The translations under genes and the position numbers were made by a program. A stretch of DNA of 64,000 nucleotides from Eledone cirrhosa (Eukaryota), in the NCBI GenBank assembly GCA_964016885.1, contig OZ024746.1, positions 3,286,001 to 3,350,000 on the forward strand. Reading direction: 5' to 3'. Under the pieces are notes generated by a model, which saw only the letters and a program-made list of their open reading frames with translations, searched no databases and was not told the DNA's origin. Positions 1-14,208 of the stretch are shown piece after piece. Every line of letters starts with the position of its first letter. The first letter of the stretch is position 1.

Positions 1-496
1 TTTCTCATTTTACCTCTCCTCTCACTTGCTGTCTCTCCTTCCTTCTATTCTATCAATCCCTATACAGTTTTTTTTATTCGATCACTTCCTTTCAACTACT
101 CTCAGCATATGATTGGACAGAAGTAAACAAAATTCAAGAAACTTGTTGAAACTGTAAAAACAAATGAAATGATAAAAAATCATTATGTAATGGAGTTGTG
201 AAATAAAAAATTATATTGTAAACGATACTTAACACATTTTAAACATCAAAATATATTTTATACTCATGAGAATTTCAAAACCTTGCCATCTAAACATAAT
301 GTGTTGATTAGCTTATAAACGGGGTTGGATTTTTGCCAATTTCTCAGACATAAAATGTCTGTTTTTACTTTACATTTACTAAAACCCTAACTACAGTTGA
401 AGAAAGACATCATTACCAAGAATGTGTTCAAATGAAATCTAAAAAAAAAAAGTGGTCTTTGGATAGCTGCATATGACATGGATGACATCTTCGATG

Positions 497-1060
497 TTAA
501 TTCTGGTTCTATGAAACCCAGTTTCTCAAGATGTGTACTGAGGCAGTTAATAACATATCTCAGTGCCCCAATAATCACAGGTATAAATCTGAAGGTATAG
601 TCAAGGTGAATTATATGCAGATTCCTCATTAGTTCTGCATAGATGTTCTCCTTTTTGCTAATCTTTTATATAATATTGGCATCTGCTGGGCAGTTGACTT
701 CCACTACTGTGCATGCCTTCTTTTCCCTGTCCTTGTCCAGATATGTCACTGTTGTTGTGGAAATTTCCAGTGTTGTGTAGGAGTTTTGGAGTTTTAACAC
801 CAATAGCTCGGCTTTCATCTATCATCCAATCAAGTATTCCAAATGTTAGTGTTAGGACCGGCACAGCAAACCATTTTGGTGTGCACAGAGATTTCAGATG
901 ACCATATTTTTCTTAATCGGGTGTAATATTCCCTGGTGGCGCATTCTTTGTTACAAATACCTTTATAGGATATATTCTCAACTATCCCTTGGTATCTGTA
1001 GCAGTCCTCATCAGATATCAGTGAAACAGTTAGGCCTTTGACAAAAATGTTGCTAGATTA
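497..1060 (-). mobile_element. Decayed, internally deleted RLE-type (R4/Dong-like) non-LTR retrotransposon
   Basis: Minus-strand translation gives RT motif 7/thumb (YRYQGI...EYYTRLRKIWSSE...FAVPVLTLTFGILDW...GNFHNNSDI) joined to restriction-like endonuclease (VVEVNCPAD...KKENIYAEL...IPVIIGALRYV..LEKLGF). Confidence 0.75.
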
Positions 1061-1130
1061 GCTTTGTATGTATGTAAGTATATATATATATGTGTGTGTG
1101 AGTATATATGTATATATACATATATACAAC

Positions 1131-1512
1131 AAAACTTCAACAGTCACTCTTAATCCAGTATGACTTGGTGGGATGTACCATACGTTTGTTAAGGGTTTTA
1201 GGAACCCATACAATTGAGAGCAGACACTTGACACCCTGAAAACCCTCTCCTCCATGATCGAAACCTCCAGTATGACTGCTGAAAGGAAAGAGGATTGAAC
1301 TAGTACTTTCTTTACTAACACCACCACCAAAAGAAAGTACTAGTTCAATCCTCTTTCCTTTCAGCAGTCATACTGGAGGTTTCGATCATGGAGGAGAGGG
1401 TTTTCAGGGTGTCAAGTGTCTGCTCTCAATTGTATGGGTTCCTAAAACCCTTAACAAATGTATGGTACATCCCACCAAGTCATACTGGATTAAGAGTGAC
1501 TGTTGAAGTTTT
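1131..1512. repeat. Near-perfect fold-back inverted repeat (~183-bp arms, 16-nt loop)
   Basis: 1131-1313 is the reverse complement of 1330-1512 with one mismatch. Flanked by (TA)/(TACA) microsatellites. Confidence 0.95.
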
Positions 1513-1611
1513 TTTGTATGTATGTATGTATGTATGTATATATATATACATACATACATACATACATACATACATACATACATACATACATACATACATA
1601 CATACATACAC

Positions 1612-1791
1612 TCCACATTGTAAATGTGGTTGATGTTAGGAAGGGCATCCAGCTGTAAAAATCCCAGTTCCGTTTGAGTAAGGTTCAGCACGGCCAACTG
1701 ACCAGACTTGTATCATAACATTGACAACCTGTCTAACTCATACAAGCATGGAAAAAATAAACATTAAATGGAGATGATGATGTTGATGATA
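1612..1791 (+). mobile_element. RTE/SINE-type 3' tail fragment
   Basis: GTTAGGAAGGGCATCCAGCTGTA motif, GCAAGCATGGAA-like stem, (GAT)n tail. Confidence 0.75.
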
Positions 1792-3206
1792 TATATACAT
1801 ATGGAGTGTCTGCAGTGTGAAAACTGGGTTGACCAAAAATCAGAGTAGTACTCAATGCATGGTGGGGTGCAGAGTGAGAATATTTATGAGGTAGATTATT
1901 TTGTGTATCTCTGTATATATCTGTTAGTTTGATTGCAATTAATGCAGGCGTAAACTGTGTGGAGCACTCAATGCAATGATGCAGTGTTTTGAAGATGTGG
2001 TTTTGTCAATACAAATGATGTAAGATAACTGCTACTTTGTATTAAGTTAGCAGCTGACGGTGTGTGTGTAACCATCCATGTTTAGACTCATCTGAAGAGT
2101 TTACCACTTTAGAGGTGAACCTTATGTTACACAGGCATTATGTAATATGAATGAAACACATGATAAGAATAAACATATTAAATTGATACCTCACTTTCCA
2201 TTTCTTTATATACATATAAAAATGACCGGAGATTTATCAGTCCTTCATTTCAGTATTAACATCATCACCGTTTAACGTCCATTTTTCCACGCTAGCATGG
2301 GTTAGATGTTATGAGCAATGCCAGGTCAGGTGACCATGTCTTGCTTATACAGAACCAATTTTTACTTGATTTCTACAGCTGGATGCCCTTCCTATTTTAT
2401 ATATATATATATTATACACACACACATAGAGACACTGTAAACATGGAAAATGTGTGATGGTGACACACTTGCACAAAATATCTCTTCTCTCTCTCACTTT
2501 TACACTCTCTGTATCTTTGTTCTTTCTCTCTCCTTGCTTTTCCTCTCACTAACTCTTAGTTCTCATTTCTTCTCTTACACTCTTCCTTACTCCTTCTTGA
2601 TTATCCATTTTCTTGTTTTCTTTCTTACTCTATCACCATAATCTCTTTACTTTATGTTCCCTTATTCCCCCACACTCTGTTATTCTCTCTTCTAGTCCCT
2701 GAATCTCACTCTCTCCAATTTTATTCATTTTCCTCAGTTCTATCTCATATTTTCTCACTTTACTCTCAATCTTTCACTTGAATTCACACACACACACTCA
2801 TTCACACACACACATTCACACACACACTCATTCACAATCCTATAAATAAACCTTCTGACTCACAAACTTATAAAGCTACAAGATAAAATATGGTTGATTT
2901 AATAGTGGACCATTGCAGCTGACAGAAGAACTGTTATATTGTGTGTAAGGTTGGGTGGGAAGACATTGCATGTTATCCTCCTGTATGACTGACCAAAGGA
3001 ACTTCTAGAATCTTTAGCAGCAAGCTACCCTGGCCAATTCCTGCCCTTAGCAAGCTCAACTTGTTGGTCCTCCTCTTACAACTTTTAGTGGAAGTGTGTT
3101 GTGAATGTCCATTAACAATATTAACATGTGATGTAAGTAGTTCCACGTCCTCTCTAACACCAAACTGCATTGGTTTATTGTCTTCTTCCTGTTTTGTTAA
3201 CTTCAG

Positions 3207-3353
3207 CCATTGAATAGGAGACAGTATGAACCTGTGGCAAAGGTGATCACTCGCAATATTACCAACACCCGAAACATGCCCAATAGTAGCCGTGTCCAGG
3301 CTCCACTTGCTGTCCCTGAACCGATAGAAATAGCCGATTATGGTACAGTCAAG
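3207..3353 (+). CDS. RhoGAPp190: p190-type RhoGAP internal coding exon (PLNRRQYEP...ADYGTVK)
   Basis: Polypyrimidine tract + CAG acceptor, AAG|GTAAGG donor, phase 0-0, open frame. Splices in frame to 9383. Assignment to the gene rests on phase continuity and a DY motif. Confidence 0.75.
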
Positions 3354-3703
3354 GTAAGGTGGCAAAAACGAAAGAACGTGTACTTAAACACACTCACACA
3401 CACGCACACGCACACACGCACATAATCCAATCCAATGAAACCCAATCCCTGAAATGACTGAGGTGTATTAAAAATTGACTTCAATGAATAGATTGATACT
3501 TTGAAGGATCTCTGAAATATCACCTGTCATCAAGAAGGAATAAGAGGGGGCATGAAAGATTTTTAACCCAGGACCACAGGAAGTAGGATTGTATCTGTCC
3601 CAAGTTAATACCACTATCCACCAGATCCTTGCTACCATATAAATTTGTTGTAGCAGTACTATACTAATGTTTCTCTCTTCTGTACCACTAATAGATCCAA
3701 ACC

Positions 3704-3750
<47 letters not shown>

Positions 3751-3806
3751 TGTGCATCAATGGCATAGATATATATTCTCATTTTTATAAGTCTTTTTTT
3801 TTCTTA

Positions 3807-3856
<50 letters not shown>

Positions 3857-4229
3857 TGTATGTCTATTTTAAATGTTAACATAGACTTTCTTCAAATTGA
3901 GAACCTTTGCCACTATATTATGGCACCATATATATATTTTTGTTTTTAATTCTAAAATCCTTCCATTCAAAACAGCTGAAATTGTTGGTTTGTTTGCTGA
4001 GTTGTATAACATTAAATTGGAATGTTATGTAATTTTGCACTTGATAGCAATATTGTATATCTCTACATGTAAAATTGCATACATGTGTGTCTACATGTAC
4101 TCCATAGAATTAATGTAGCTCACAGACATTGATTAATTGGATTGTTTTTTACATTCTCTGTTTAATTTGAAAAGAAATTCATTTCATCAGCATCATATTG
4201 TGAAAAAACAACACATATTTAAATTAGTT

Positions 4230-4336
<107 letters not shown>

Positions 4337-5547
4337 GTGTGTATATATGTTTGTGTGTATGTATATATATATATCTATTCGTGTTCAATATAATTAGCTA
4401 TACAATATACTTTAAAATTAAATTCAAATAAAAAATATTTATGACATTGAGGTAAAAAGTTTTAAACATGTTTATTATTTCAACAATCAATGAAGATGAA
4501 ATATTTTTGTAGTTCCTGTTTCAATACTCGACCTGGTGAAATGGCGTCACTAATCCAATCCCTATATTTAGTTTTCTCTAATAGTTTCTGTGAAAACTTT
4601 TCAAGTGTGGCTAAAAGTTAATGAATTCTTGCACCTTGCATGCTCTGTCTTCCAGTATTTGCCTTGTCCCTGTTGTTCCATTTTATTAATGTTAGTATCT
4701 ATAGAGAACAAAACTGTGTGTGGCATTAGTCTTTCTCAGTCGATGTTAACTTCACATATTCCATTTATATGTAGAGATGTGTATCTGTAAGAACTATATT
4801 TTCTTTGTTCGTAGAAATGTATTACAGGAGTTGTTAGTGTAATTTCTTTATTAAACTTTCATTTAATTTTTGTTGTTTAATTACTTGATTTGTTAAATAA
4901 ATTGAAGAAAAGTTTTTATAAATTTAGCTGTTAAATAAATTCGATAATTTATGTTTACTTTAAATTGTTAAACTGATATTTTAAGGACAATGTCTTTTAG
5001 AGCAACTCTACTGTATATTTTGGAAGCATTAGCAATGGAATTTATAAAAATGTAAGAATCAAGATGATAATTTATTGAAAAGCTAGAAATCTTAGGTAAA
5101 AATCTATGGATATTATTTTTTTCCTGTGGTTTAACATCCATATTTCTCAGCTAAGTACCACTTAGGAATGGATTTGTTTGAATAGATCTTTCTACCAGTG
5201 ACCACTCAACCATGTACTCGATGTAAGAACATGCTTTTGCCACATTTATGTAACATCCTCAGAAGCACAACACACAAACCTTATTACATATCTAAAGAAT
5301 CTCTTTATCTGATATTTGTTCTGAGTGATTTTCTGGTTTCACTTAGATTATTGTGGAATTGAGGAATGTAGAATTGACCGGCCTGTGGTTGCTGAAAAAA
5401 ACACGTACTTAAAGATAAGGTTTGTGTGGTAGGCTGTTAAGTTTAGATGTGTTTGTGGTTAGAAAATTACAGATACAACTTCTATTTATGACCTATTGAT
5501 AATATCAAAGAACTGTTGGGGCAAGAAAATTGGTATGCTTGTGTTGG

Positions 5548-5594
<47 letters not shown>

Positions 5595-6940
5595 GTCTAA
5601 CCCATGCTAGCGTGGAAGATGGACGTTAAACGATGATGATATAAAATTCAAATTTAAAGGATGTATTTAGAGAAAGAGGAAAATTCATCTCTTGCATGAA
5701 AAACACAGTTTTTTGTACACATGTATAAAGCAAATAATATTTAAGAAAAAATACTTACTTTAACATAGTGTACATACAGCGTGGAAAACAGATGTTAAAC
5801 GATGATGATGATGATGAGAGAGAGAGAAAGAAGATAGAACATTACTAAAGTTGATACAAAGTAGAGAAGAGTTATTGAATATAAACAATGACGATATAGA
5901 ATGTTAAAAATAACAGGTAACTTGTTAATAGCAAGTAGAAACATTAAAATATTTTAGAAATAATTTAACTTCCTTTACTATATTGTATTGCTCATGAGCA
6001 AAATATATTCTGATACGGTTTCAGTTTACTTATATATTTATTAATTCTTTTAACTTTTTATGTCTGAATTGAAAACTTCTGTTTGTTTTTATGCAGCATC
6101 AACTTATGTAAATTTAGATTGATTCAAATATGTAGTTGTACAATTGAAGCCCTGTTTCCCTTTATCTTTAGATTTCACTATTTGTTGAGTCTTTGAAAAG
6201 TCAGTTTAGATGAGAATCTAACTGCTAATCTATATATATTTGTTATGTTGCATGAAGAATTTTGCATATACTAGCTGATGTTTGTGTTGTTATTACTGAT
6301 TAAAATATTGATTCTATATACATATATATATATATAACTGTAGCACTTGATTTCTGTTGGACTGATTGATGATGTTGTGTGTTTTCATGTTCTTATCCAC
6401 TGTTTTTTAATCTGAATTGATGCTTTGAATTGGTCAGCATGTTCTTCCTAACTCTCGTCTTTTGCCTTTCTTGCATAGCCAAAGCCAGCAAGCTCATTTA
6501 CAGCTGTTGCCACCGACTCTTCTTTATACTATTTTTCTCTTCTTCATCTTTAATACAGACATACATATTTATATATTTCTTATATATTCTCTGTTTGCCT
6601 TTAAAATGTTTGCAATTTGCATCATTATTCCTGGAATTAAACATTTTCCAGTAAAACCAAACAAAAACTAATAATTCCATTGCCTATTTGACATCACTGC
6701 ATAAATTGCAAATATTTCATTTTATTTCAGGTGTTGTTTTAAATATATAATAGTATGGATCAATGTTTGCTGATCAACTTTATTGCATTGCTATATACAT
6801 TATTTTGTTGCTTGGTTTTCTGGCAACTTGGTTTTAGTTTATAATTGTTGTTACATAATGTTTAACATTTGATAATTTGTAAAATTTCTCTGTGAAGTCC
6901 TCTTTCAATTTCTGACTAATTTTAAACTAACTATATCACC

Positions 6941-7007
<67 letters not shown>

Positions 7008-9278
7008 TTTATATACTTTATATACACACACATATATATATATCATTATCATCATCATATATATATACTATGTTATGGTATCAATACATATTTAATATGT
7101 ATGATGATCATGTTTCTCAATAAGTAAGCTCAATGGACCTTGCTTCAGAGCATCAATAATTCAAATTTAAAAGATATATGGAGAGAGAACCATATATTGT
7201 TTGAGAAACACATAGTATTTTGTGTACGCACACACACGCGCACACACACACACACACACTCTGTAAAGTGTGATCATCTAAGGTCATATTTTAATTATTC
7301 TTAATACCTTTATTCTGTGTAATGAATTAGGAATATTTTTAAAGGAGAGTGATTTATATTTTCAAATATTCATCTTTGACTAAAAAAAGATTAAGCCTAT
7401 CTTCTCTTAGAGTGAATTAGATTATTATAAATATATCTACAAAAGGTATATTAGTGTTTTTTTTTTTTTGGTATCTATATATAAAAAGGTGTGCTATCTA
7501 TCCATTCTATGTATTTTACCAGCATTAATTTCTGAGAGATATCATAATATGCTAATGCTACTTAACAATACTGCTACTAACATCTCACCTGTCTTCCTTT
7601 TCTGTTAATCCTTCTCAAATTGGAATTGCCAACTAATTGTGGTAAGTCCCATTCAGTTTTATGTCCTTTTACAGTTTGTACCTATTAATGCATTATTCAC
7701 TGGCTCTGGTTATTAGAGCTATGTTATAGCACCATATTTGTTAAAGTTCTTAACTATTCTTTCTAGAATGGCAAGCTCCCATTTAAATTTCACCTATGTA
7801 ATCCATACAACATTCAACTATTTTACCATACACACCTACTACCACCGTTTGAAGATTTTAAGTTGATTTTATTTGTAATGCAAAGTGACAGCAGCCAAAC
7901 ATCATGCTTAGGGTCTACCCCTAGGTCTTCTGTTGGTTGGTTTTTGCCCATAAAATCTGCCCAGCAATTCTTTCCTGAGATATTCTAAACACATGCCCAT
8001 AGTATCAGAGTTGTGGTCTCGCAATTTGGAGAAATAACAGATCTACCTTACCTGGAGTGATTCTTTGATTTTTGAGTGACACACTCTATCAAGTACTCCA
8101 AAGAACCTTCAGAGGAAGTCCATTTCAGCTGCATGTTTTCACAATTGTATTCTTATGGTCATTACCCAAGATTCATGATCATGGGTAAGGGTTGGCACAA
8201 ATACTGAATTGAAGAGAGCGAGTTTGGTTTTTACAGCATTGTCAGAAATAGTTGTATAATCAATTTTGTTTTTGCACACATGTAAAAATATCAAAATCTA
8301 CTGATTGATCATATCAGAAATATCCATAAAATGGAAAGATTTGATGTTTACTCACCATTTAAAGAAGTTCAATGTTCTAAAATGTATACCTATAAGATAA
8401 AAGAACTGCTTATTTTTTATTGGTTCTGCAATTTCGGTAAGATCTAGAAACCAACGAAACTAGTGCTGATCTGTACCAATAAAAGTTAATCCCTAAAAGT
8501 TTATAGATAAAAATTTATTTTATTGTGTTGCTTTGCTATGTGCTGTAAAAAAAAGTCAAACAACATTGATTTGCACAATAATTTCTTCTTATTTACAAAG
8601 TTCTTATAACAAAGTAGTTAGTTTTTCTCGTGTATAAGATTGTGTGTCTACCTTTGCCTTCAAAACTCCAGAATAATTCAACCAGCAACGGAGATAGTAG
8701 CTGCTACTGATACTCCTTACTTGGAAGGGGGGAAAAAAGGCATATTTCTGGATTTTACTGTTGGCTTTTTTTATATAATCTTATATTTGTAATTTCATTT
8801 TGAGGTTATTTATATATTATATACTAAGAATGAGGTTATTTGATTAAGTGATAGAAAGACTCAAATTATTCCGAATTTATGAATGCAGGAGTTATCATAT
8901 GTTAGTAAACTAATCACTGTTTTTATTTATATTTAATTTCATTCACTGGTCTTTTTACTTAAACAATTCAGTTTTCTATGAGCTTGATCACCATGGAGCT
9001 TTATTATTAATATTATTATTATTGGAAGTTGAATGTCTCTTGAGTCTTGTTTCTTTCAGCTGCCTTTTAAGCTATGAGTCTCATTTCTTTTCTTTCCATT
9101 ATTATTATTATTATTTATTTTATGGGTGGGAGATGATTACATACATAATATTATTTCATTTTCATTTCACCTTAATTTCAATTCCCTTTATATTTATATT
9201 TAATTGTTTTTTAAAACAGACTGCCTTATTTTATTTTGTTTTATTCACATTTATGCTAATTACTTAACCCCAACTGAG

Positions 9279-9311
<33 letters not shown>

Positions 9312-9382
9312 CGTTGGAGAGAATTATTAGCTTTTATTTGTTTCTTTTTAAGATAAATTGTTTTCAATATGTTTTACTTTAG

Positions 9383-9488
9383 GATGCTCTCCAGTCTCCC
9401 ACGGAGAGTGACTATGCTCTAGTCGAAGATGCTCTACCTGCAGGGAAGGTTCATCGTATCAAATCAACACGAAAGAAGGATCATAAAG
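9383..9488 (+). CDS. RhoGAPp190: p190-type RhoGAP coding exon (DALQSPTESDYALVEDAL...KKDHK)
   Basis: TTTAG acceptor, G|GTAGAT donor, phase 0-1. SDYAxxxDA resembles the p190 middle-domain tyrosine motif. Confidence 0.8.
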
Positions 9489-10194
9489 GTAGATAGCTAA
9501 CTTGTCTCACTGCTTTAAAATTCTTTTAATTTCATCTTTTTGAATAATTCAACAAAAACAATATAGTAATTGATATTATTTTTTATTCAATTGAAGCCTA
9601 TTGTGGCATGGCTGGGATTTATCTGCAGCTATTAATGTTGTTTTGAGAGAGTGGAACTCACAAGTTTGTCTTTTATTTTAAAATATTTACATTGTAAAGC
9701 GTTGATTGATCAGAAATGGATATTGATTGAAGGGATTTGTATATTATTTCTTACTGGTTAACTAGAGTATGTATCTTAATAATTGTAACAAATATGCATG
9801 CATACATACTGCTATACACATATACACACTGAAACAGGTTTAGTCTTCTGGCTTATGTTCATCCTAACTTGTTGATTTTGAACTATTTTATGTGGATTTA
9901 TTTTAAATAGTTCTTTGGTTTCCAGTAATTTATTTTAGAAATCAAAATTTTCTCTGCCCTCATCAGCTACCAATGAAACAATAGGTATTCTAATACTGTA
10001 CACTGTTTCTTTCTTGCTACTTCATGTTTAATAGGCTAAACCATAGACACTCCAGTCTGTTTTACACATGTGAAAATGAAGCCAAAACATTGAAAATATT
10101 TTAAAGTTTTGTTATCTATTCTAATGCTTCTTTATATTTGGTAGATATACTAAAGGGTTCATAATTAGCTAGTTGATTGTCTTTCTCTTCTTTG

Positions 10195-10480
10195 CCCACT
10201 TATTCCTGAGAAGGTTGTGGGACAGAGTCCTCAAACATGCCTTCCAGTAGGTCCTGTCAGAAGCAAACCTCTTCAACTGATCCGGATGGATCCCCAAGTG
10301 AGACCAGCCATGCTCATGGATATTTTTGCCTATAAAATCTGTCCAGCAATTCTTTCCTGAGACATTCTAACCACATGCCCATAGTATCGGAGCTGTGATC
10401 TCTCAATTTAGAGAAGTGGCAGCTCTATCTGGAGTGACTCTGATCTCCGAGCTATGCACTCTATCGAGTAACGCCAGTAT
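10195..10480 (-). mobile_element. Old LINE 3' fragment (related pieces near 7940-8230 and 49565-49690)
   Basis: Minus strand reads SQLRxYGHVVRMxQERIAxQIxxAK, typical of the RTE C-terminus. Shared sequence among the three loci. Confidence 0.6.
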
Positions 10481-11548
10481 TAAAAACACTTACTTGGCAT
10501 GTGTCTCTTTAAATTTTCATTTTATAAATTTTATTTAAATCTGAATTAATCAATATCTCATTGTATATTTGGGTATATGTGTGGCTGTTCTAAATAATTA
10601 TATTTCGTTTGTTTTTGTTAGAAGACTGAAATGAAATTAAATATACAAAGCAAGCAATACTCAGGCTTCAGTAGTAATTGGTTCTGCCTTTGTATATGTG
10701 TGAATGTATGTCAGTTTAATTTCTTTAAGATATCTCTGCAAAAACCTCTCTAGAATGGTGTGAAATTGCCAGGAAATATTTGTTGAAGCTAAATAAAGAA
10801 AATAGAAAATGACATTTTGTTTTGGCTAAATTCTAAATTATGATTTATTTCTAAATGAAAACAGGATATTGTTGAAATGAATTATATTTGTGCCAATTAC
10901 AGGGTTTATTATCAGGGGTATACGGTGGAATTAGGCCCATATGAATCATCAAGTGTGATACATCATAAGTCTAAGTTCATATTGCTGGTAATTTGGAGAA
11001 AATAGTTCTTGTTTCAAATGAATATAAAAAGATATAGCTTTCTTTTTGTTTTTGTTGTTGTTGTATTCCTTAATTTTCTGTGTCACATTCTAAGGAAGGA
11101 TGTTCTATTATGACATGATTATTGAATTAATTGACTCCTGAAGTAGAGATCAGTGAATAAATAAAGATCAGAGATTGTTGTGGAATAAATTGTGTTCCCT
11201 AATCAATATCTTCTCATGGTGTTTCCTGAACTATTGATGAGTGACACATTAGTCATATCTGGAGTTTACTAATAATTTCTTTTCTCTAAATAACTACTAC
11301 TGTCGACTGGTTTCACTGAGAAGTTTAAATGCAGACTAAGATAGTGAGTTTATGTAAACATGATGCAATCTGTTTAAATAGCAAGAAAATAATAAAAGAA
11401 AAAAAATTTTGAAAATAGTGAAAAAGAGAAACTCATTCAACTTTGTATTATTTTCTGGGCAAAAAGTAAATGAATAAAACTGAATAAATAATTTGAAGAT
11501 AAACCAGACATTAGTATGATGTGATACTCCGTTCTCAATTTCTTTTCA

Positions 11549-11749
11549 CCCTTTAGCATTTAAACGGCTGTATCTGGCCAGAATTCTCCCTCCCCCTTCC
11601 AAACCAGCTGTAACCGGCAGCTCACACTAATGTTAAGATATCGTTCTTAAAATAAACAACAATATCATCAAAATTTCGTAGATTTGAGATTATATGAGAC
11701 AGTCTTTACTGGGAATATACAATAGTAAAGGAATGTAAATGGTAAAGAG
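11549..11749. mobile_element. piggyBac-like MITE
   Basis: Terminal CCCTTTAGCATTTA / TAAATGGTAAAGAG with TTAA-like flanks. Confidence 0.55.
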
Positions 11750-11927
11750 TTAAACATTGATTCATAGTTGTCAGATGAAAGACAAATATATGCGAGTATT
11801 GACTAATGCAATTTTTGTATAGTAGGTAGTTTTAAGTTGATATCATTAATTTTTAATTAGTATTTGTTTTATTTAGATAAAGTCTGTTACAGTCATATTG
11901 TACCAGGAAACTATTGGCACAGTTTAA

Positions 11928-12150
11928 CCCCTTTGATACCCACATGAAACTGCCTTAGTTTTATGATACAAAACTGACCATTTTAAAATACCTATACTTT
12001 ACATTAAAACATTCTATCATAATTATATTTAAGAAACTTTGAAGTGATGTTCCAGATATCAACATAAATTCCTCCAAATTTGTTATTATTTTCAAATTAA
12101 ATTGAATCACATGAGCAGTGTATTTCATTGGAAATACAGTAACAAAGGTG
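11928..12150. mobile_element. piggyBac-like MITE (second family; related copy 49287-49514)
   Basis: TTAA-CCCCTTTGATAC ... GTAACAAAGGTG-TTAA termini. Internal similarity to 49287-49514. Confidence 0.6.
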
Positions 12151-12215
12151 TTAAAACAAAATATTTAAATACCTAATTGGAGTGCAAGGGATTGGCAGGT
12201 GCTCTGCAGAGTAAT

Positions 12216-12940
12216 CACTAATACAACCATCTGGTATGTGATATATATTCATGGCTCAAGTCTCTTCAGTCACTAATACAACCATCTGGTATGTGATATA
12301 TATCCATGGCTCAAGTCTCTTCAGTCACTAATACAACCATCTGGTATGTGATATATATCCATGGCTCAAGTCTCTTCAGTCACTAATACAACCATCTGGT
12401 ATGTGATATATATCCATGGCTCAAGTCTCTTCAGTCACTAATACAACCATCTGGTATGTGATATATATCCATGGCTCAAGTCTCTTCAGTCACTAATACA
12501 ACCATCTGGTATGTGATATATATCCATGGCTCAAGTCTCTTCAGTCACTAATACAGCCATCTGGTATGTGATATATATTCATGGCTCAAGTCTCTTCAGT
12601 CACTAATACAGCCATCTGGTATGTGATATATATCCATGGCTCAAGTCTCTTCAGTCACTAATACAGCCATCTGGTATGTGATATATATCCATGGCTCAAG
12701 TCTCTTCAGTCACTAATACAACCATCTGGTATGTGATATATATTCATGGCTCAAGTCTCTTCAGTCACTAATACAGCCATCTGGTATGTGATATATATCC
12801 ATGGCTCAAGTCTCTTCAGTCACTAATACAGCCATCTGGTATGTGATATATATTCATGGCTCAAGTCTCTTCAGTCACTAATACAACCATCTGGTATGTG
12901 ATATATATCCATGGCTCAAGTCTCTTCAGTCACTAATACA
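12216..12940. repeat. 55-bp minisatellite, ~13 copies
   Basis: Unit CACTAATACA(A/G)CCATCTGGTATGTGATATATAT(C/T)CATGGCTCAAGTCTCTTCAGT. Confidence 0.97.
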
Positions 12941-13677
12941 GCAATTAATTCATTGGTAACAGTTTGAAATAAATACTTTATCTTTAGTTTTGACCACTGT
13001 CCAAAGTAGAATTGAATCTGTTTATTCTGGACCTAACAATAAACAGATTCTTTCCTCTCTATCTGGTTTTACAGAGAAGTTCAGAATTCTTTCTAACAGG
13101 TACTTAAAGAAGCATGTTTATCGTAGAAGAGTAAAGAAAAATTGTGATTAGTAGTAATATCAGTGGAAGTAGGTTAATTTCCTGCATACATGGTAATGGC
13201 GGTACTGGTTCAGGAAATTAAATTATTACTCATCAGATTTTCTAAGACCTCGAGCAAAGCAGAGTATAATATAAGATGAAAGTGGTAATATTGAAAGATA
13301 ATTTCACCTTGAGCCCTTATATATAAGGCCAAAAGTTTCATTATAGAAAGATAAGTAGAAAACAAAAATGTGTCTGTAGTTATATACACACACATATATA
13401 TACATGTGTGAATATATATTTCTCTCTCTCTCTCTTTCTATATATATATATATATATGTGCATCAGGATTTTACATCTCTCTATACACACACACACACAC
13501 ACACACATATATTTACATATACAAACATGGACACATCATTTTATTCTGTCTAAATAGGGAGTCTTGTTACTCTGGAGTTTTGCTTGTTTATCACAGAGTT
13601 ATTAGACAGGAACTCTACTTCGGTATTGAGTATTCTTTTCTCTCAGCCATCAGCCGCATACGTATATATATATACAT

Positions 13678-13721
<44 letters not shown>

Positions 13722-13890
13722 TGTATTGGTGTTGTGTGATTGAAAAATAAGAAATTCCTCTGTCGTTGTCTTATTTCATCATTCTACATTTCAGGTACTT
13801 TTAATGTATTCTGTTGAAAGCAGATCTGTGAAACTATTTTAATTTAGTTATCTTCGGTATTTATATATTTATATATATAAATATATATAT

Positions 13891-14175
13891 TGTCATGACA
13901 AAAAGTACCCAGCCTATACTGTAAAATGGTTGTATAGGGGTCATGATGAAAATCACCAGTACATACTGTAAAGAGGTTGTGTAGGTGTCACATCAAAAAA
14001 CACCCAGTACACACTGTAAATGTGGTTGGCGCTAGGAAGGGCATCCAGTCGTAGAAACCAAGCCAAAATCAGTTCTGCATGAGCAAGACATGGCCATCCA
14101 ACCTGGCATGTCTCACAACAGAACAACTTGTCTAGCCCATGCTAGCATGGAAAAATGAACTTTAAACAATGATTA
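13891..14175 (+). mobile_element. Older RTE-type 3' UTR/tail fragment with 3-4 internal repeat units
   Basis: Repeated AAAA(G/C)ACCCAGxxxACTGTAAA units, AGGAAGGGCATCCAG motif, CCCATGCTAGCATGG tail. Confidence 0.8.
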
Positions 14176-14208
14176 TATATATATATATAATATACATACA
14201 TATATATA

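Noticed and set aside
1005-1035. CTGATGA (minus) near GAAAC (plus)
   Set aside because: The motifs are on opposite strands and lie inside LINE coding remnant; no hammerhead fold.
2086-2170. Possible hammerhead CTGAAGA...TGAAAC
   Set aside because: No UH cleavage site or convincing helix III; too decayed to call.
2973-3365. 130-aa minus-strand ORF
   Set aside because: Antisense shadow of the RhoGAP exon with no recognisable motifs.
12216-12940. CRISPR-like or retrozyme-like array (CTGAAGA on the minus strand in each unit)
   Set aside because: No unique spacers, no GAAA half of a hammerhead, eukaryotic intron context.
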